Source: the human T2T-CHM13v2.0 reference genome, Homo sapiens
Reading direction: 5' to 3' (one strand)
DNA length: 64,000 nt
Assembly: GCF_009914755.1 (NCBI RefSeq)
Contig: NC_060945.1
Part shown: positions 14,140 to 27,455 of the stretch, piece by piece
How positions within the stretch are numbered: the first letter of the stretch is position 1
Layout: the number at the start of each line of letters is the position of its first letter
Made by a program: the position numbers and the translations under genes
The notes under the pieces: generated by a model
What the model was told of the DNA's origin: nothing
Database searches by the model: none
What the model saw: only the letters and a program-made list of their open reading frames with translations

Positions 14140-14580
14140 CAGTTGAATAGGAACTCTCTTAATGGAATTCTGTTTAACCATTTGCTCACTCCTCTCTATT
14201 CCCCCATCACACTTCCTGTGCTGGTTTGCTTGCAGACTGCTCCCCTCCTCATTTTAGTGGTAGCTCCCAAGTCAATTGTTTTTCCTACATTTGTCATTCT
14301 CTTCAAAGCTGTTATCATAATCATATACATTAATTTACATATGAACAGATTAAATATAATTGTGAAAATTTGTCATTTCAATGGAAAAAAGATTAAATAA
14401 TTTGGGAAAACAAATATAAAACAAAATAAAAATGAATTTCTAAAAGAATTGATTTTAATTTTAGATGTGGAAAGAAGACAAGTGCAAAAGTTAGAGAAAA
14501 AATTAAAACCTAGAAAAAAATCTGTGCTTAAATTTCTGGGCAATATACCTAAATTCTTATTCTACTTTTAAAAAATGTCA
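14140..14580 (+). mobile_element. Ancient TcMar-Tigger-like fragment
   Basis: 14445-14575 resembles the transposase N-terminal HTH-coding segment of old Tigger elements; highly diverged. Confidence 0.4.
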
Positions 14581-14678
14581 ATCAATGTCTTCTATAGACA
14601 TAACATTACTATAATGAAGATAACATATTTTAAATATACTTTAAATATGTGACCTAAAATAACCAGTATTGTATTCAA

Positions 14679-14779
14679 ATACTTGGTATTCTATATGTGG
14701 AATCAGCTCCCTTAAACTTATTTTTTTTATACTTGGTATTCTATATGTGTGTAATCAGCTCCCTTAAACCTATTTTTTT
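14679..14779. repeat. ~50-bp imperfect tandem duplication
   Basis: ATACTTGGTATTCTATATGTG..AATCAGCTCCCTTAAAC.TATTTTTTT occurs twice (14679, 14729). Confidence 0.95.
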
Positions 14780-17631
14780 CTGGAAGCATGCTTATTTTAA
14801 AGCACTAATTTTTGTTTATATCACAAAAATAAATGTATCATATGACATGTATGTAATTACAGTAAAATGGATATGAAATTAATATGATGTGATGAAATTC
14901 AACTCAATTAAAATAACAAATTTAAATATACCAAACATGACTGAATTATTTATACAATGCTAATTACATCTGTTTTACAAATTTGATTTTACATTTTACT
15001 TCCAAATCCATCATAAGTTTTACAACTTAATAAACACTAAAAAGAATTCCTACACAGGTAATTTTGAGAAATCACAAAATATCATGAAAGAAGTCTTGTA
15101 AATTTATACATCAATGAGCATTTCAAAATGTATTAAATTTAAATGAACACTTGCCCATTTGGATTTAAAAGAGATATCCAATCCACATGAGTTCAACATA
15201 TCAGTGACAGTTTTAAGGAAAATTAACTCGAATTCAGTATGATTTTCAACAATTTAAGAACAGTTAAAACTTTCAAAAAACATGTAAATACATCCATTAT
15301 CAAACTAATTGACTTGCCACCATTCACGGCATTTTAACAACTAAACTGTTCGATAAAGATTGCCATGCACTATGATTGGTTGTCACATCAAATTCTAAAC
15401 ACTCGATTCAGAAAGAATCTCTGGGTTTTGTTTTTGAGAATATCTTTGAAACGAAACAGTCACCACACATATTAGTGATTCTCAGAAAGTTATTTGTACT
15501 ATGCGATTCAATTTTATACTTCTTTAAGTGGTATTTCCCAAAGTGAAAGTCACTCTGCAGTACATGTTGTCTAGATCAACATTGAGAAAAAATGAATATA
15601 CCTCTTTTTTTTCATATCCCCAATCCACTCTCCCTGAAAATAAACTTAAGAGTAAGCAGATATATTCAGTGCTATGGGGGAAAATATTGTAGGTAGGTTA
15701 GTTACACGTAAGAACTACTGCTACAAATAGTGAGATGGACATAAATGCCTTTCCTGTTTTATTTCAGATGGATATTGGAAGATTAGAATGAGAAAAAAAT
15801 AGATAAAAGACTGTTGAAAAAAATACGTAGTCTACGTATAGTTAAGAAAGAAGAGATCAAAACAAAAGAGCATGTCTCAACAGATGCTGGAAGAAAGTGC
15901 TAAACAGGAAAGAGCTGTGGCCCATATGGTAGGCTACATTCGCACTGTAAAACGAAAAGTTCTTCACATGGAGTATGTGTGCTTTGAGATGCCAAAGAGT
16001 GCATTAAGATATCTTGGCTCTAATTGGGGCCTCTGTAAATGTCAGTACATTTATCATGTTGTTTAGGCACCACACTATTTAAAACCACAGCAAAGGATTA
16101 TCTCCTTTTGGGTTGGTGTTTGGGGTCAAAAGCTCCTCAAAATTGTTTCAAGATTCAGGTTACTCTTTATTTTACTCAGTCTTAATCAGCATATGAGACT
16201 CTCTGGTCTCTTTCACAAAAGAATAATTTAAAGTACTTAATTAATGATTTATTAAATGTAAAGTCACTAAGTTTATTGATGATCCTATCATTAAAGAATA
16301 ATGTGGGTAAAAGGGCAATGCATATAATGAAATTAGGCTTCAAGAAAGAATAAAAAATGAACTACCTTTTAAAGAAAATCCAATAGTTTATGAGAAGCAT
16401 GACAAAATAAATAAGTAAAGGTACGGTGATAAGAACCAAATGGAAAAGAGAAGTCCATGTGCATTTGCCAATTTTATAGGAAAGTCGCCAACTGTAAATG
16501 CAACAAGGGATCTGAATGAAAGGCTTCCACACTACTTATTCCAGTTGCAGTACGTTATGGCTGTGGTTATTAGACAACTCTTCATGTTGGTACAATTGAA
16601 GTTTCCATTGGGCATTTAAGTCATTGCTGAAGTCATAAAAATTAAAAACAATCAAAATGAGTTATCATTATATATCAATGACAATTCCTATTTAATGAAT
16701 GAAATGTAATTTTCGTCTGCTTTCTAGGTTCCAGGCTGGTCTACAAGGCCAACTATAAGGAAGGTGTGTGATTTCATCTGAATACAAAAATTAAAGTAAT
16801 AACATGAGGAAAATCTCTCTTGGCTATCCGTGATTACATTTTCTCTTCTAAAAATAAAGCCGATGTTAACTGACTTGTCAATTATCCTGAACATTTCTGA
16901 GTAAAATTTCAAGCAAATTAAAATGTTTCTCAAAGTTTATTCTACATTCAGTAAAGCAGATACCACAAGTTACTAAAGTAATTAAGAAAATTGTAATTTA
17001 TTTGTGTGGCAAGACCTTACACATACAACCATCTGATCAAAATCATCTAAGATATATGATAAAAAATGAAATTCCGATAGTGAAAATAACCATGGTGAAA
17101 TATGGAAGTATTATCACGTCATCCATTTTCATGCAGATGGGAAGCTAAATCATAGGGTAACGAGCAAATCAAAATCAGAAATAAATAAAGAGGAAAGAAG
17201 GCAAAGTGTTTAGTTACGAAGAGATATGTGTGAACATCGCCACATTGTCAGTTTATGGTGACGTGAACACATCTCAATTCTAAATTTGTATTTTTTTTTC
17301 TTTTTTTCATAAGAAACTCCACAGACTGCTTTTAGAAGATTTGGCAAAAGTAGACACTCAATAAATATTTGTTGAATGAAATGAATTTTTACTAGCAAAC
17401 AATATATACTCATTGGGGAATGTTGCATGCAGACTTTCACTGTAGCAAATGATACATACTGAGCTAAGTAAGCCTTTTCTGGAAAACTTAGCTTTGTCTC
17501 AATTAATTTGCCATAGTACTGGCCCAATCATACATCAAAGCCTCTCACATGTGGCATTTTGCTTCCTCTTCCAGAGGGTCATTCTGATCAATATTGCTGA
17601 AAATAGCTTATTTCGTTGTGTATTTCAGTTC

Positions 17632-17835
17632 TAGAGTTGTCAGATAAAATACAAAAAAAAACTAGTTAAATTTGTATATGAGTTAAACAACAATACTTTT
17701 TCAGTATGTCTCATGCAATACTCAGGATACCAGTCAGTAGTTGGAACTTTTTACTGAAAAATTATTCATTATTAATCTTAAATCCCAATTTAACTAGGTG
17801 TCCTGTGTTTTTATTTGTTAAGTCTGGTAACCTTA
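17632..17835. mobile_element. MER53 palindromic hAT MITE
   Basis: TAGAGTTGTCAGATAAAATACA...AGTTAAATTTG at left and CAATTTAACTAGGTGTCCTGT...TCTGGTAACCTTA at right; near-palindromic. Confidence 0.85.
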
Positions 17836-19212
17836 TTCAAGTCAGTATGCAGGCTGTGCCTATAAACTTCACTGAAACTGACAGCATCATGAAACATTTA
17901 CTGGCTCTGTCTTCTGGGGAAGAAAGTCTAGTCAGTGGAGTATTGTGACTGGTTCCACTCTTCTCACGCACTGTAAACATGTTTAAAATGCATTCCTTTT
18001 TTTAAATAATATTAATGTAAAGCTAAAGATGTTTAGAAAAAAACAACGGGTTTCATAGTGTCTGTCTTTTGCTGTCAAATCATCTCAGTGTGTGGCAAAT
18101 GGATGACCTTTCAAATGTCTTAGAGAGACATAAACCATGTTTTTCATCTCAAGATCAGACTGAGAAAAAGGGGGAAAATGTGTTAACTCCATGTGTGAAA
18201 AAGAAGAGAGATGGGAGTGGAACTTAATTACATAAACTTGTCATAGAATTAATTCATCATACTCAGTACATAGAGATATTTTTCACAATTTCAGAACATT
18301 CTGGAGTGTAACTAATTGAAACATGACTCATTGATGAGCAGTAATTCCAGTCATTCCGGCCACTGCATGAGATATTGTTGAAAGCAAGTGTACAGCCAGA
18401 AAATGATTATTCATATACTATCAATGGAGTTGTAGCTCACTTAGCAATTAAGAGTCATTTTTACTTCCCAATCTATAAGCGTTTCTAACGCATCTTTGAA
18501 GGTTTTCTGTAAAACTTCCCATAGAAATATATGAGGAGGAGGTATTTTTCTGTTTCGAATTTTATTTTTGTAGCATACACTGTTCTCAATCCATTGCCTC
18601 CACATTAAAAACACAATTCAAATGCTTGAAACAATACTCTGCACTTATTATGCATACATTTTTACCATATAGTGGCTCCTTATTATGATTTTGACTTTGC
18701 CTATAATGGACTGAACTTATTTTCCCAGAGGAGAAGATAGCAAGGAAAAGAAATTTTTTTTAAATTAAAAACTCCAAATTATCCCCCTCGTCTTGCATGT
18801 TTGTTCCATCCTTATTATGGATATGGGACAGAATTATCACTTTCTGGAATGTTTTCACTTAGTGGAGTATTGTGCTGTGGACACCCTGACATATTTCAGG
18901 GCGTGTTTTGAGCCTCTTTTGCCTCCTCCTTTCAGCACGCTATGCAGATGTGCCGCTGATGGCATTTCGTGACTAACTTTCAAGTCTACATTTGGTCTTA
19001 CACTGTGAAAAAAAATACATTGTTTTATTAGCTTTGATTTTTAAATAGCAATAATGAAGTTATAATTTCACCTATGCATTTAAGGTATATTTCATCCAGA
19101 GCATATAATCACTTAGTAGTGTTAACCAAAATGAATGTTAAAGTGCTTTAGAAATCTATGCAATTCAAATAAATGCTAAATCTACCTTCAATGGGGCTAA
19201 ACTCACAGGCCC

Positions 19213-19609
19213 ATAACAACTACTTATATAGCACTTACGTTGTATTAGTTATTACAAGTAATCTAGGGATGATTGAAAGCATATGAGAAAATATACATAG
19301 GTTATATGTAAATACTATGCCTTTTTAAATTATTTATTTGTTTGTTTGTTTGTTTGTTTATTTTTTGAGACAGAGTCTTGCTCTATTGCCCAGGCTGGAG
19401 TGCAGTGGCATGGTCTTAGTTCACCCCAACATCTGCCTCCTGGGTTCAAGTGATTCTCCCGCCTCACCCTCCTGAGTAGTTGGGATTATAGGTGTGCGCC
19501 ACCACACCCATACTATGCCATTTTATATAAAGGACTTGAGCATTCACAGATTTTGGTATCTGTGGGGGTCCTGGATCAATCCCCCATGAATGCCAAAGAA
19601 CAACTATAT
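19213..19609 (-). mobile_element. MER2 (Tigger family) interrupted by an Alu
   Basis: Ends GATTTTGGTATCTGTGGGGGTCCTGGATCAATCCCCCATG..ACAACTA. Confidence 0.8.
19322..19509 (-). mobile_element. Alu right arm (5'-truncated)
   Basis: TSD ATACTATGCC at 19312-19321 and 19510-19519. Confidence 0.9.
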
Positions 19610-19947
19610 ATACTATGTTCGAGGGCCATTTGTAGATATTCAAGATGCATAAGCAAATAAAGACAGGAATTTCTATTTTCATAAAGCTTCAGGTCTAAAA
19701 GCCACATATGTGAAATCAAACCAAAGGAACACAGTTAACTTCCCCACTAGAAAGTCAACCTTTGGAAGATGATTTTTTTCCTCTACCTCCAAGAATAGGG
19801 TATAAAACAAAGGAAGGACTCTATGTACACTTGTTGAATTAATCTGCATATCAAGACAGAATGTAATGCAAATACAAATCTCTATTCTGTCTGGGTCTTA
19901 TACATCATACCTATAAAAAGTTGATCACTAAAATGCCTTCTGCCAAA

Positions 19948-20015
19948 CACTCTGAAATACTATTGTCATATTTCTGATTACCACTCTGAAATACTATTGT
20001 CATATTTCTGATTAC
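19948..20015. repeat. Perfect 34-bp tandem duplication
   Basis: CACTCTGAAATACTATTGTCATATTTCTGATTAC x2. Confidence 0.97.
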
Positions 20016-20038
20016 CCCTTATTCTTGAATATATATAA

Positions 20039-20060
20039 ACACACACACACACACACACAC
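20039..20060. repeat. (AC)11 microsatellite
   Basis: Direct reading. Confidence 0.95.
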
Positions 20061-20862
20061 AAAAGTAGTTTCATTCTGCAAGAATATTAGACAACACAAA
20101 ATGTATGTGTCAAGGTGAGACAAATAGAGGCAAGGTATCAGGGCTGCTTAACACCTAACATGACACTTAGATTGTTTCTTTAATGTAAGATATAAGCAGA
20201 CCTTTCACATAATGTGGTAACAGCAGAATTAGCTTAGTAGTAATCACCATTCCTGGAAAGATAACTCAGAACAAATAACTGAAAAATTCATCATCTTTTA
20301 TGAGAGAGGACATCATTTTAGAGCTAGGATAAATATGGATATTGACTAGAGAAAAGATAAAACAAGTGTGGTAACTTTGTGCAGAACCTATTCATATCAG
20401 GAAGAGAGTGGATATTTTTGTGAGCCTAAACATATTTTTGGACCCAAAAGCAGAATTCATCTAAACAAAAACCATTGTCATGGCTGGTTCCATATAACAA
20501 GTGTAATATGTCCTGGAAAGTAGCCTATGGTAAGAGTGGTTGCCTGATCCAGTTACTGTGAACATTATTCGGTGAAAAGTTCTGCCTAACAAATGCATTC
20601 ACCAGTCCTGCTATGGAGGAACAGGTCTCTAAAACAAAGACATTGTTTCATATTATCATTCTTGGATTGGTGTATCTGAATATAATATAAGCTATTCTTA
20701 AACAGGCTTTTAAAAAATATTGAGTTGAGATTTGGGGAGTTGAGGTTTGAAGAGAATGAAGGTCTAAGGCACTCATAACAGTGGAAATAACTTCCTTTAG
20801 GGACTAAAAGTCTAATGTTTGTAACAAAAAAGATATTTGGTGGTAAAACTAGAATAATAAAG

Positions 20863-20917
20863 ATATAATATAATATAATATAATATAATATAATATAATA
20901 TAATATAATATAATATA
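20863..20917. repeat. (ATATA)11 pentanucleotide repeat
   Basis: Direct reading; source of the LYYII repeat in ORF 20586-20966. Confidence 0.95.
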
Positions 20918-22863
20918 AAACTGAAACTGCACATTTTAGCAATCCTAAACAAATTTTTAAAACCATATGGGTCTATATGAAATGTTTAATGTAGGTCCTT
21001 ACTAAAATTATATTTATATGTGAGGAAGTAATTTTGATGCTTTCATCAAATTCGAAGCTGCCCGTATACACAGAGCTCTTATTAGCAATGCAAAGAGTAT
21101 GAAGACATGTAAAGAAACATGCACTTTCAGTAATACAGGATGGAAACCGAGAAGCACTGTTAATAATGAGTATGAGGGAGGAAGTTGATCCAAATTTCAG
21201 AGGCTTTGGAACTGCATAGGAATGAGTTTTCAGGTTATTAGTTTCATTGCTCACTAACTAGACAGCCTTGAGAGCTTAATAATTAACCAGAGTCTATTTA
21301 TAGTATTTTTAAAACATGGTCATTCCTAGGAGTTCTGGGCTGTTTATCATACTGCTCTGAGTTGACAAGGTCATGCAGAATTTTCGTGTGAAGAGAGACT
21401 GTAACCTCAAGGTCCAAATTCCCTAGGCTGTGTTGGAGGTACACTGGTATGAGAAAGTGATAACAGAGCAGGCTGGGCTTTTTATCTTCCCCAGATCCTC
21501 TGGAACATCTCTTTGAAGGCCTTTTTACCTAGGTGCAATTTTGTCCCCCTTCCATTAAAGATTACTCAATTATCTCAATAGCTTCTACTAGGGATAAGTG
21601 AATTTACCTCAGCCTTCTAAAAGGAAACCAGACTCCTACAAGTTGCTAAAATACACTTGCTAACCCATGACCAGGTCACAAATAAACTTGCTTATAAAAT
21701 TTATGTGGATTCTTCGCTTCACGTGTCGCTCCTCTACTCCACTTTGAGCCTTCTTCTACTAACGTGTTTTCTTTTTTTAATAATGAACATCTGTGACAGC
21801 ATCTTTGCCAAAATAAATAAAATTAAGAAGATGATTCTGTGGGTTATGCTAAACAATTTTTTAAACAGGTTCAGATTTCTTCTGAACGGAGTACGAAATA
21901 AATGTCTCCATATGCTGGTTCCTGTTTATTATTGTGTGTGAGAGAGAGAAAGGCAAAGCTAAGAGAGAGAGTTAGAAAGACAGACCATAATTATAGAGTC
22001 ATTAAAAGTTACTTAACACAGTTTTATAAGTGACTTCTTAATTAAGAAATGTTTTCAATACAAAGCAGTCCTGCTTTCTCATTCAATAAGTTTTGATGTA
22101 TATTTTCCAAAATGTTTTTATTTCTGTCATTAAGAGGAAAGCCAGTCCATTTTGGTGTTGGACTTGCTGGAAGTGTTGTGGCCATCAATGTTATCAGTTT
22201 TGCTCCTGGCTAAAGTAAAATCCTGTTCTTCCTCTGCTGTGCTTCTTTTCTGGCTTTACATGCACAAAACAGACTGTACAAACACGTCAGGAAAGGACAA
22301 CAAAGGCTAACTCTTTCCATTGCATCACAGATTTGAGACAATGAAGACAAATGTTGATTAATCCACGATGCTTCAGAACTATTTTGTCTGATAATAATAT
22401 TTACACCAGCCTTCTTCGCTTCCTTTTTTTCAAGATGTATCTTTTCTTTCTTTCTTTACCTTCAAACTATCTACTTCCTTTGGTTTTAGATTTGTTTGTC
22501 ATTAGCAGGACAAAGTTACAGTTTTATTCTATTTGCTAGCCTAATCTGCAAATCTTTGTCTCTAACAGGAGCATTTATTAAATTTTCCTTTAATGTTAAT
22601 ACTCCTTTATCTAGGCCTGAGTCCCTGCTCCTAATTGGTGACTTCTCTATCTTTGGCTGGTCCTGTTTATCTTTCTCTCCTTTTTTCCTTTCCCTTGGTT
22701 AATTTTTATTTTATTTTTTATCCTCTTCTACTGGATCTCTTTCCTGCTTCTGATTTCTATATTACTGTTGTAAATTTTAATTCAATCTTTTTTAACTATA
22801 TGACATTTTATTATTGTTTTATAAATGAATATCTGTTTTGATTAGTGATTCTTACATTTAGAT

Positions 22864-23436
22864 AAGGAATTCTCAAAACTGACCCCAAGGAATATTTGGC
22901 AAAACACAGTGACATTACTGACTGCCACAATTGGGAGCTAAGGGTAAAAGGTGATACTGGAATCTAGCGGGAGAGGAAAAGAATACTGCTAAATGACTTG
23001 CAATAAACAGGACAGCTCCTGTATTAGTCTGTTTTCACACTGCTAAAAAGAACTGCTGGAGACTGCGTAATTTATAAAGAAAAGAGGTTTAACTGACTCA
23101 CAGTTCCTTATGCATGGGGATGCCTCAGGAAACTAACAATCATGATGGAAGAGGAAGCAGGCATATCTTACACAGCAGCAGGAGAGAAAGAGAGTGAGCA
23201 GGAGAAATTACCATTTATAAAATCATCAGCCCTCATGAGAACTCACTATCACAAGAACAGCATGGGGGAAACTGTCATCAAGATCCATTCACCTCCCACG
23301 AGGTATCTTGTTAGATACATGGGGATTACAGTTCGAGATGAGATTTGGGTGGGGACACAGAGCCGAACTATATCACCTCCCTACAGCAGAGAGTTCCTGG
23401 CTCAAAATGTCAATCACACTGATCTTGAGAAACTCT
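22864..23436 (+). mobile_element. MER20 hAT element split by a MaLR LTR
   Basis: ..ATACTGGAATCTAG..TGCTAAA..CAGGACAGCTCC | CCTACAGCAGAGAG..CAAAATGTCAAT..TTGAGAAACTCTG. Confidence 0.8.
23020..23375 (-). mobile_element. MSTA/THE1D-like MaLR solo LTR
   Basis: TGTATTAGTC...ACTATATCA; near-TSD GCTCC/CCTCC. Confidence 0.9.
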
Positions 23437-24142
23437 GGTTTCAGTTTAGCCATATTTGCCACTTTCTTTGCATTTCATTTTTCTTGCTTCCCATACTTTA
23501 CGTCTGAGCTCACTGTCCCTCTACATGAATCAAGGGTATATTCTCAACAAACTCAGTTTTTGTTGTTGTTCTCTCTCTCTCTCTTTCCTTCAGCTTCTTT
23601 TAACTTTATCTTTATCCTTGAAATTTATTTTGCAAAGTATGAAATTATAGAACGGAAGTTTTCTTTGGGTTACACATCAACTGTGGACAAATAAGCTGGC
23701 AACTTAGTACTCACTCATTTGAAAGAAACCTTCCCTTTTATCTCTGACTGTTATGCAGCTCTTCCTTCAGGTATTTGATGTACTGATGTGCACTATGGTG
23801 TATCACAGTGTAGATTTCTTATTATTTTTCCTGCTCGGAGTTCACTGGGCTTTTTGAATCTGCGAACAAGTATATTTAATCACTTCTGGAAAATTCTTAA
23901 CTATTACTTCTTCTTCACATTTTGCCACTGTTTCTCCCCTCTCTACTCTTCTTAAAGACCAATTAAACATGTTGGAGCATATTCAGAACCTCCATGTCTC
24001 ATAACCACTTTTTCATGTTTTCCATCTTTTTTGGCCCCTTGTGCACCATTCTGGATATAGATCCTAGATTACTAATTATCTCTTTAATTGTAGTATTCTG
24101 ATGTTCAACCAAACCATTGAGATTTTTCTGTTAGTTATTTGA

Positions 24143-24461
<319 letters not shown>

Positions 24462-25569
24462 CCCAATTTGATTTTTTCCCCAAATCTGCTATGCTTCATT
24501 TCATATTTCCCATTTCTTCCAGATTTTAAAGCTAGTGTTTTATTTCTTTAAAAGAGTAAGAATAGTGAATTTTTATTATCTGTAATCACTACATTTAAAA
24601 TACATGCAGATCTATTTCTTCTGTTTCTTTTTTTTTCCTGCTGTTTCTTGCTCATGATATTTTGTTTTATTGTGTACTCAGTTGTCTTAGAAGGATATGC
24701 CCATTTTACAAAAAGAATATTTACAGGACTCTTTAAGGACTAGATGAGGTTGCCCTCCTCAAGATGATTTGGCTTTGCTTCTAGGTACACTAAGAGTCTG
24801 AGAATTCTTCAATTCAAGTTCATAGTTTGAGGACACTGAAAACACTAATCTCAGGATGTGAATGCAAAACTTCAGGGACTGTTTTCTACCTTTCTTTGTC
24901 TCCTAAGCTCATATATGCCCTAAGCGTGTAACTCTTTAATGACCCAGCTTAATGATGGGAGGGTCTTTACTACATTTCCCACCTTGATGGGTTCAAGACC
25001 TTGATTCTTCAAGGCCACAAATATGAAGCCCAAATCTACTTAGATCGTTCAATGCCTTTGGGACAAAAGTGGGTTTATTTCTACGTGCCTGCTCACATAT
25101 CTGGACACCTGCTTCCCCTACAATTTTGTCCCAGTTGCTCCTCATTGGCTAATCTAATCTTCAATACTTTTAGAGACATTTAAAAAAAATACATGTTCTG
25201 TACTATTAATGGCTTTTACAAAAGGATGTGCTCAATAACTAGCCAATATTAAAGTAACTTGTTAAAACATGGTGTCTTATATGTAATGCTCAGTGAATAT
25301 CTACAGCTTGTCGGTGATTAAAATTTCTAATATTCTTGACATAAAGTCATTGTATGATGCACTAGGATGTTAGGAGTCTAATGGATAACATTTATTATGA
25401 CTTAGAGTTATTATGAAGGTTAAATAAAAATTAAATAAATTGCTATCCACATGAATATATTATGCTTATGTTGGCAAAGCTAAAAATTTGGTATCTCACC
25501 TAATGAAAATATTAACAATTTCAGTTAGCTTTTGATGTAATAATAACAGATATCATAGAGTTGAGGTTT

Positions 25570-25760
25570 GTCATACTCCAGGTACCTGTATTATCTCATT
25601 TAATCATCAAATCTATCTCTAAGAAATAGATCATTTTACAGAAGAAAAACAATGGAACACAAGGAAGTTAAAGTACCTAAAGTCACACAGCTGGTAAGTG
25701 ACGAAGACAGAATTAGGCCTCAAGACTATAACTCTTGAACCCATGATCTTAACTATATGA
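25570..25760 (-). mobile_element. MIR
   Basis: ATCTCATTTAATC...CATTTTACAGAAGAA...AAAGTCACACAGCTGGTAAGTG. Confidence 0.7.
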
Positions 25761-27081
25761 AATTACTTTATTTCCACATGTTGGCTTCTATAGAATCAAT
25801 TTTATTTATAGGAAGCTGGTAAACAATTAAGTCAATGACAAAAACTTTTAACATTCCTAAAATCCCTAATAAATATAAATCCATATTTTCACTTTGTCCT
25901 GGAGGACTTACTTGCAAAAGAAATGGATCATTCTTTTAAAAATTTAAGTTTCATTCCTAAGAGACCTTATTTAATTTTATATCTCTGATCACCAAAATAT
26001 ACTAAGATCATTAAAGTTGAATAAAATTAAATCATCATTTCAATAGTCTATTGATAATCTAGATTTCTGTTTTATGATTGATCAGCAGAGTTTTTTTAAG
26101 ATTATGATTTATAGGAGAACATTCAAACCTTCAAAGGAATCTTTGTAAAGGAACTAATCAAGCAGAATTAAACCTCACCACATAAAGAGAAAACTTTCTG
26201 AGTCATTAGTTCAATAAAATGACAGTTACATAAGAGAAGCCTGAGTGAATTGTTATTAATTGTAGCCAAGAAACAAAAAGTTACACATCATGGAAAAGAA
26301 GAGTGAGCTGCAATGATGGTTTCATTTTTATTTATAAACATAGCAATCCCTAAAGGGCTCAAGTTGATTAGAAATCGTGTGCATGTGTAATAAAAAGTGA
26401 ATTTTTCCCCAAGAATTTGGCATCTAACAAAAATTTTCAGTGCTTTAAAGAATAAGAAAAGGGTAAAGGAAATACAAAGTTCAATAAAATTTTCCAAACC
26501 TTTTCTCAAATCCTCAAATACCAGGGTACTTGAATTAGTTCCTGTCAGTTGGCTGATGAGTGAATTGGGATTGTTTTGAAATCAATTGTTGTCAACAGAC
26601 TCATTAATTTCCCAAGAATTGGTCAACGATTTACTTTTTTTTTGAAACGCATTAATAAAGTTGACTAAAAGAAATTGGATTTGAGTCATGTTGATTTAAA
26701 TAACAGCTATTTTTTTCTATGAAACTTTTTAGTAGTAAGTAATCTAGAAGCATAGGCAGTCACTCTTTTCTCAGTTGAAATAAACCTAAATATATATTAT
26801 AAACTTTTTCCTATAGCAATATCATAATATCTGATGAATATATTTGATTTGCCTTTAGTCATTAAACTTTTTCTTTTGACTCCATCAACTTCCAGATGGT
26901 GTATTTATTTAAAAATCAAAATAAGCACTGAAGTATGACTAGGAACACAAAATCCAGTTTTTTTCATTTTAGAAAACATAATGCCCCAAATTACTGCTTT
27001 TTCAGAGAAATAAGAATCCACTAAGCCGATACATTTACTTTGAAAAACCAACAACCTCAGTCAATAATTTAAATAATTTCA

Positions 27082-27350
27082 GGCCGGGCTCGGTGGCTCA
27101 CACCTGTAATCCCAGCATTTTGGGAGGAGCAGGCGATCGGATCACGAGGTCGGGAGATCGAGACCATCCTGGCTAACAAGGTGAAAAAAAAAATAGCCAG
27201 GCGCATTGGCGGGCGCCTGTAGTCCCAGCTACTCGGGAGGCTGAGCTTGCAGTGAGCCGAGATCGCGCCACTGCACTCCAGCCTGGGCGACAGAGCAAGA
27301 CTCTGTCTCAAAAAAAATTAATAAATAAAAATAAATTTAAAAAAATAATA
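27082..27350 (+). mobile_element. AluY with two internal deletions
   Basis: GAGATCGAGACCATCCTGGCTAAC and GAGCTTGCAGTGAGCCGAGATCGCGCC; CpG-rich; AATAATTTCA flanks. Confidence 0.92.
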
Positions 27351-27455
27351 ATAATTTCAATAATTTCAAAAGATGATTTAATTATATCAACAGCTTTGGG
27401 AATGTTAAGAACATCTACATTTGTTGCTGTTATTTATTATTATTTGGTTTTGTTG

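Noticed and set aside
15310-15385. HGILTTKL peptide reminiscent of CR1/L3 reverse transcriptase
   Set aside because: Too short, flanked by stops, and no adjacent RT motifs visible.
17228-17270. SECIS-like UGAN/NGAN core in the hairpin
   Set aside because: No apical AA motif, no internal loop below the quartet, and no selenoprotein ORF upstream.
17934-18874. Exact 14-bp direct repeat AGTGGAGTATTGTG, 927 bp apart (possible TSD)
   Set aside because: No poly(A) tail, TIR or LTR ends inside; one such match in 64 kb is compatible with chance.
20973-21254. 93-aa ORF and nearby plus-strand acceptor at ~20994
   Set aside because: All plus-strand frames from the acceptor hit stops, and I recognise no homology.
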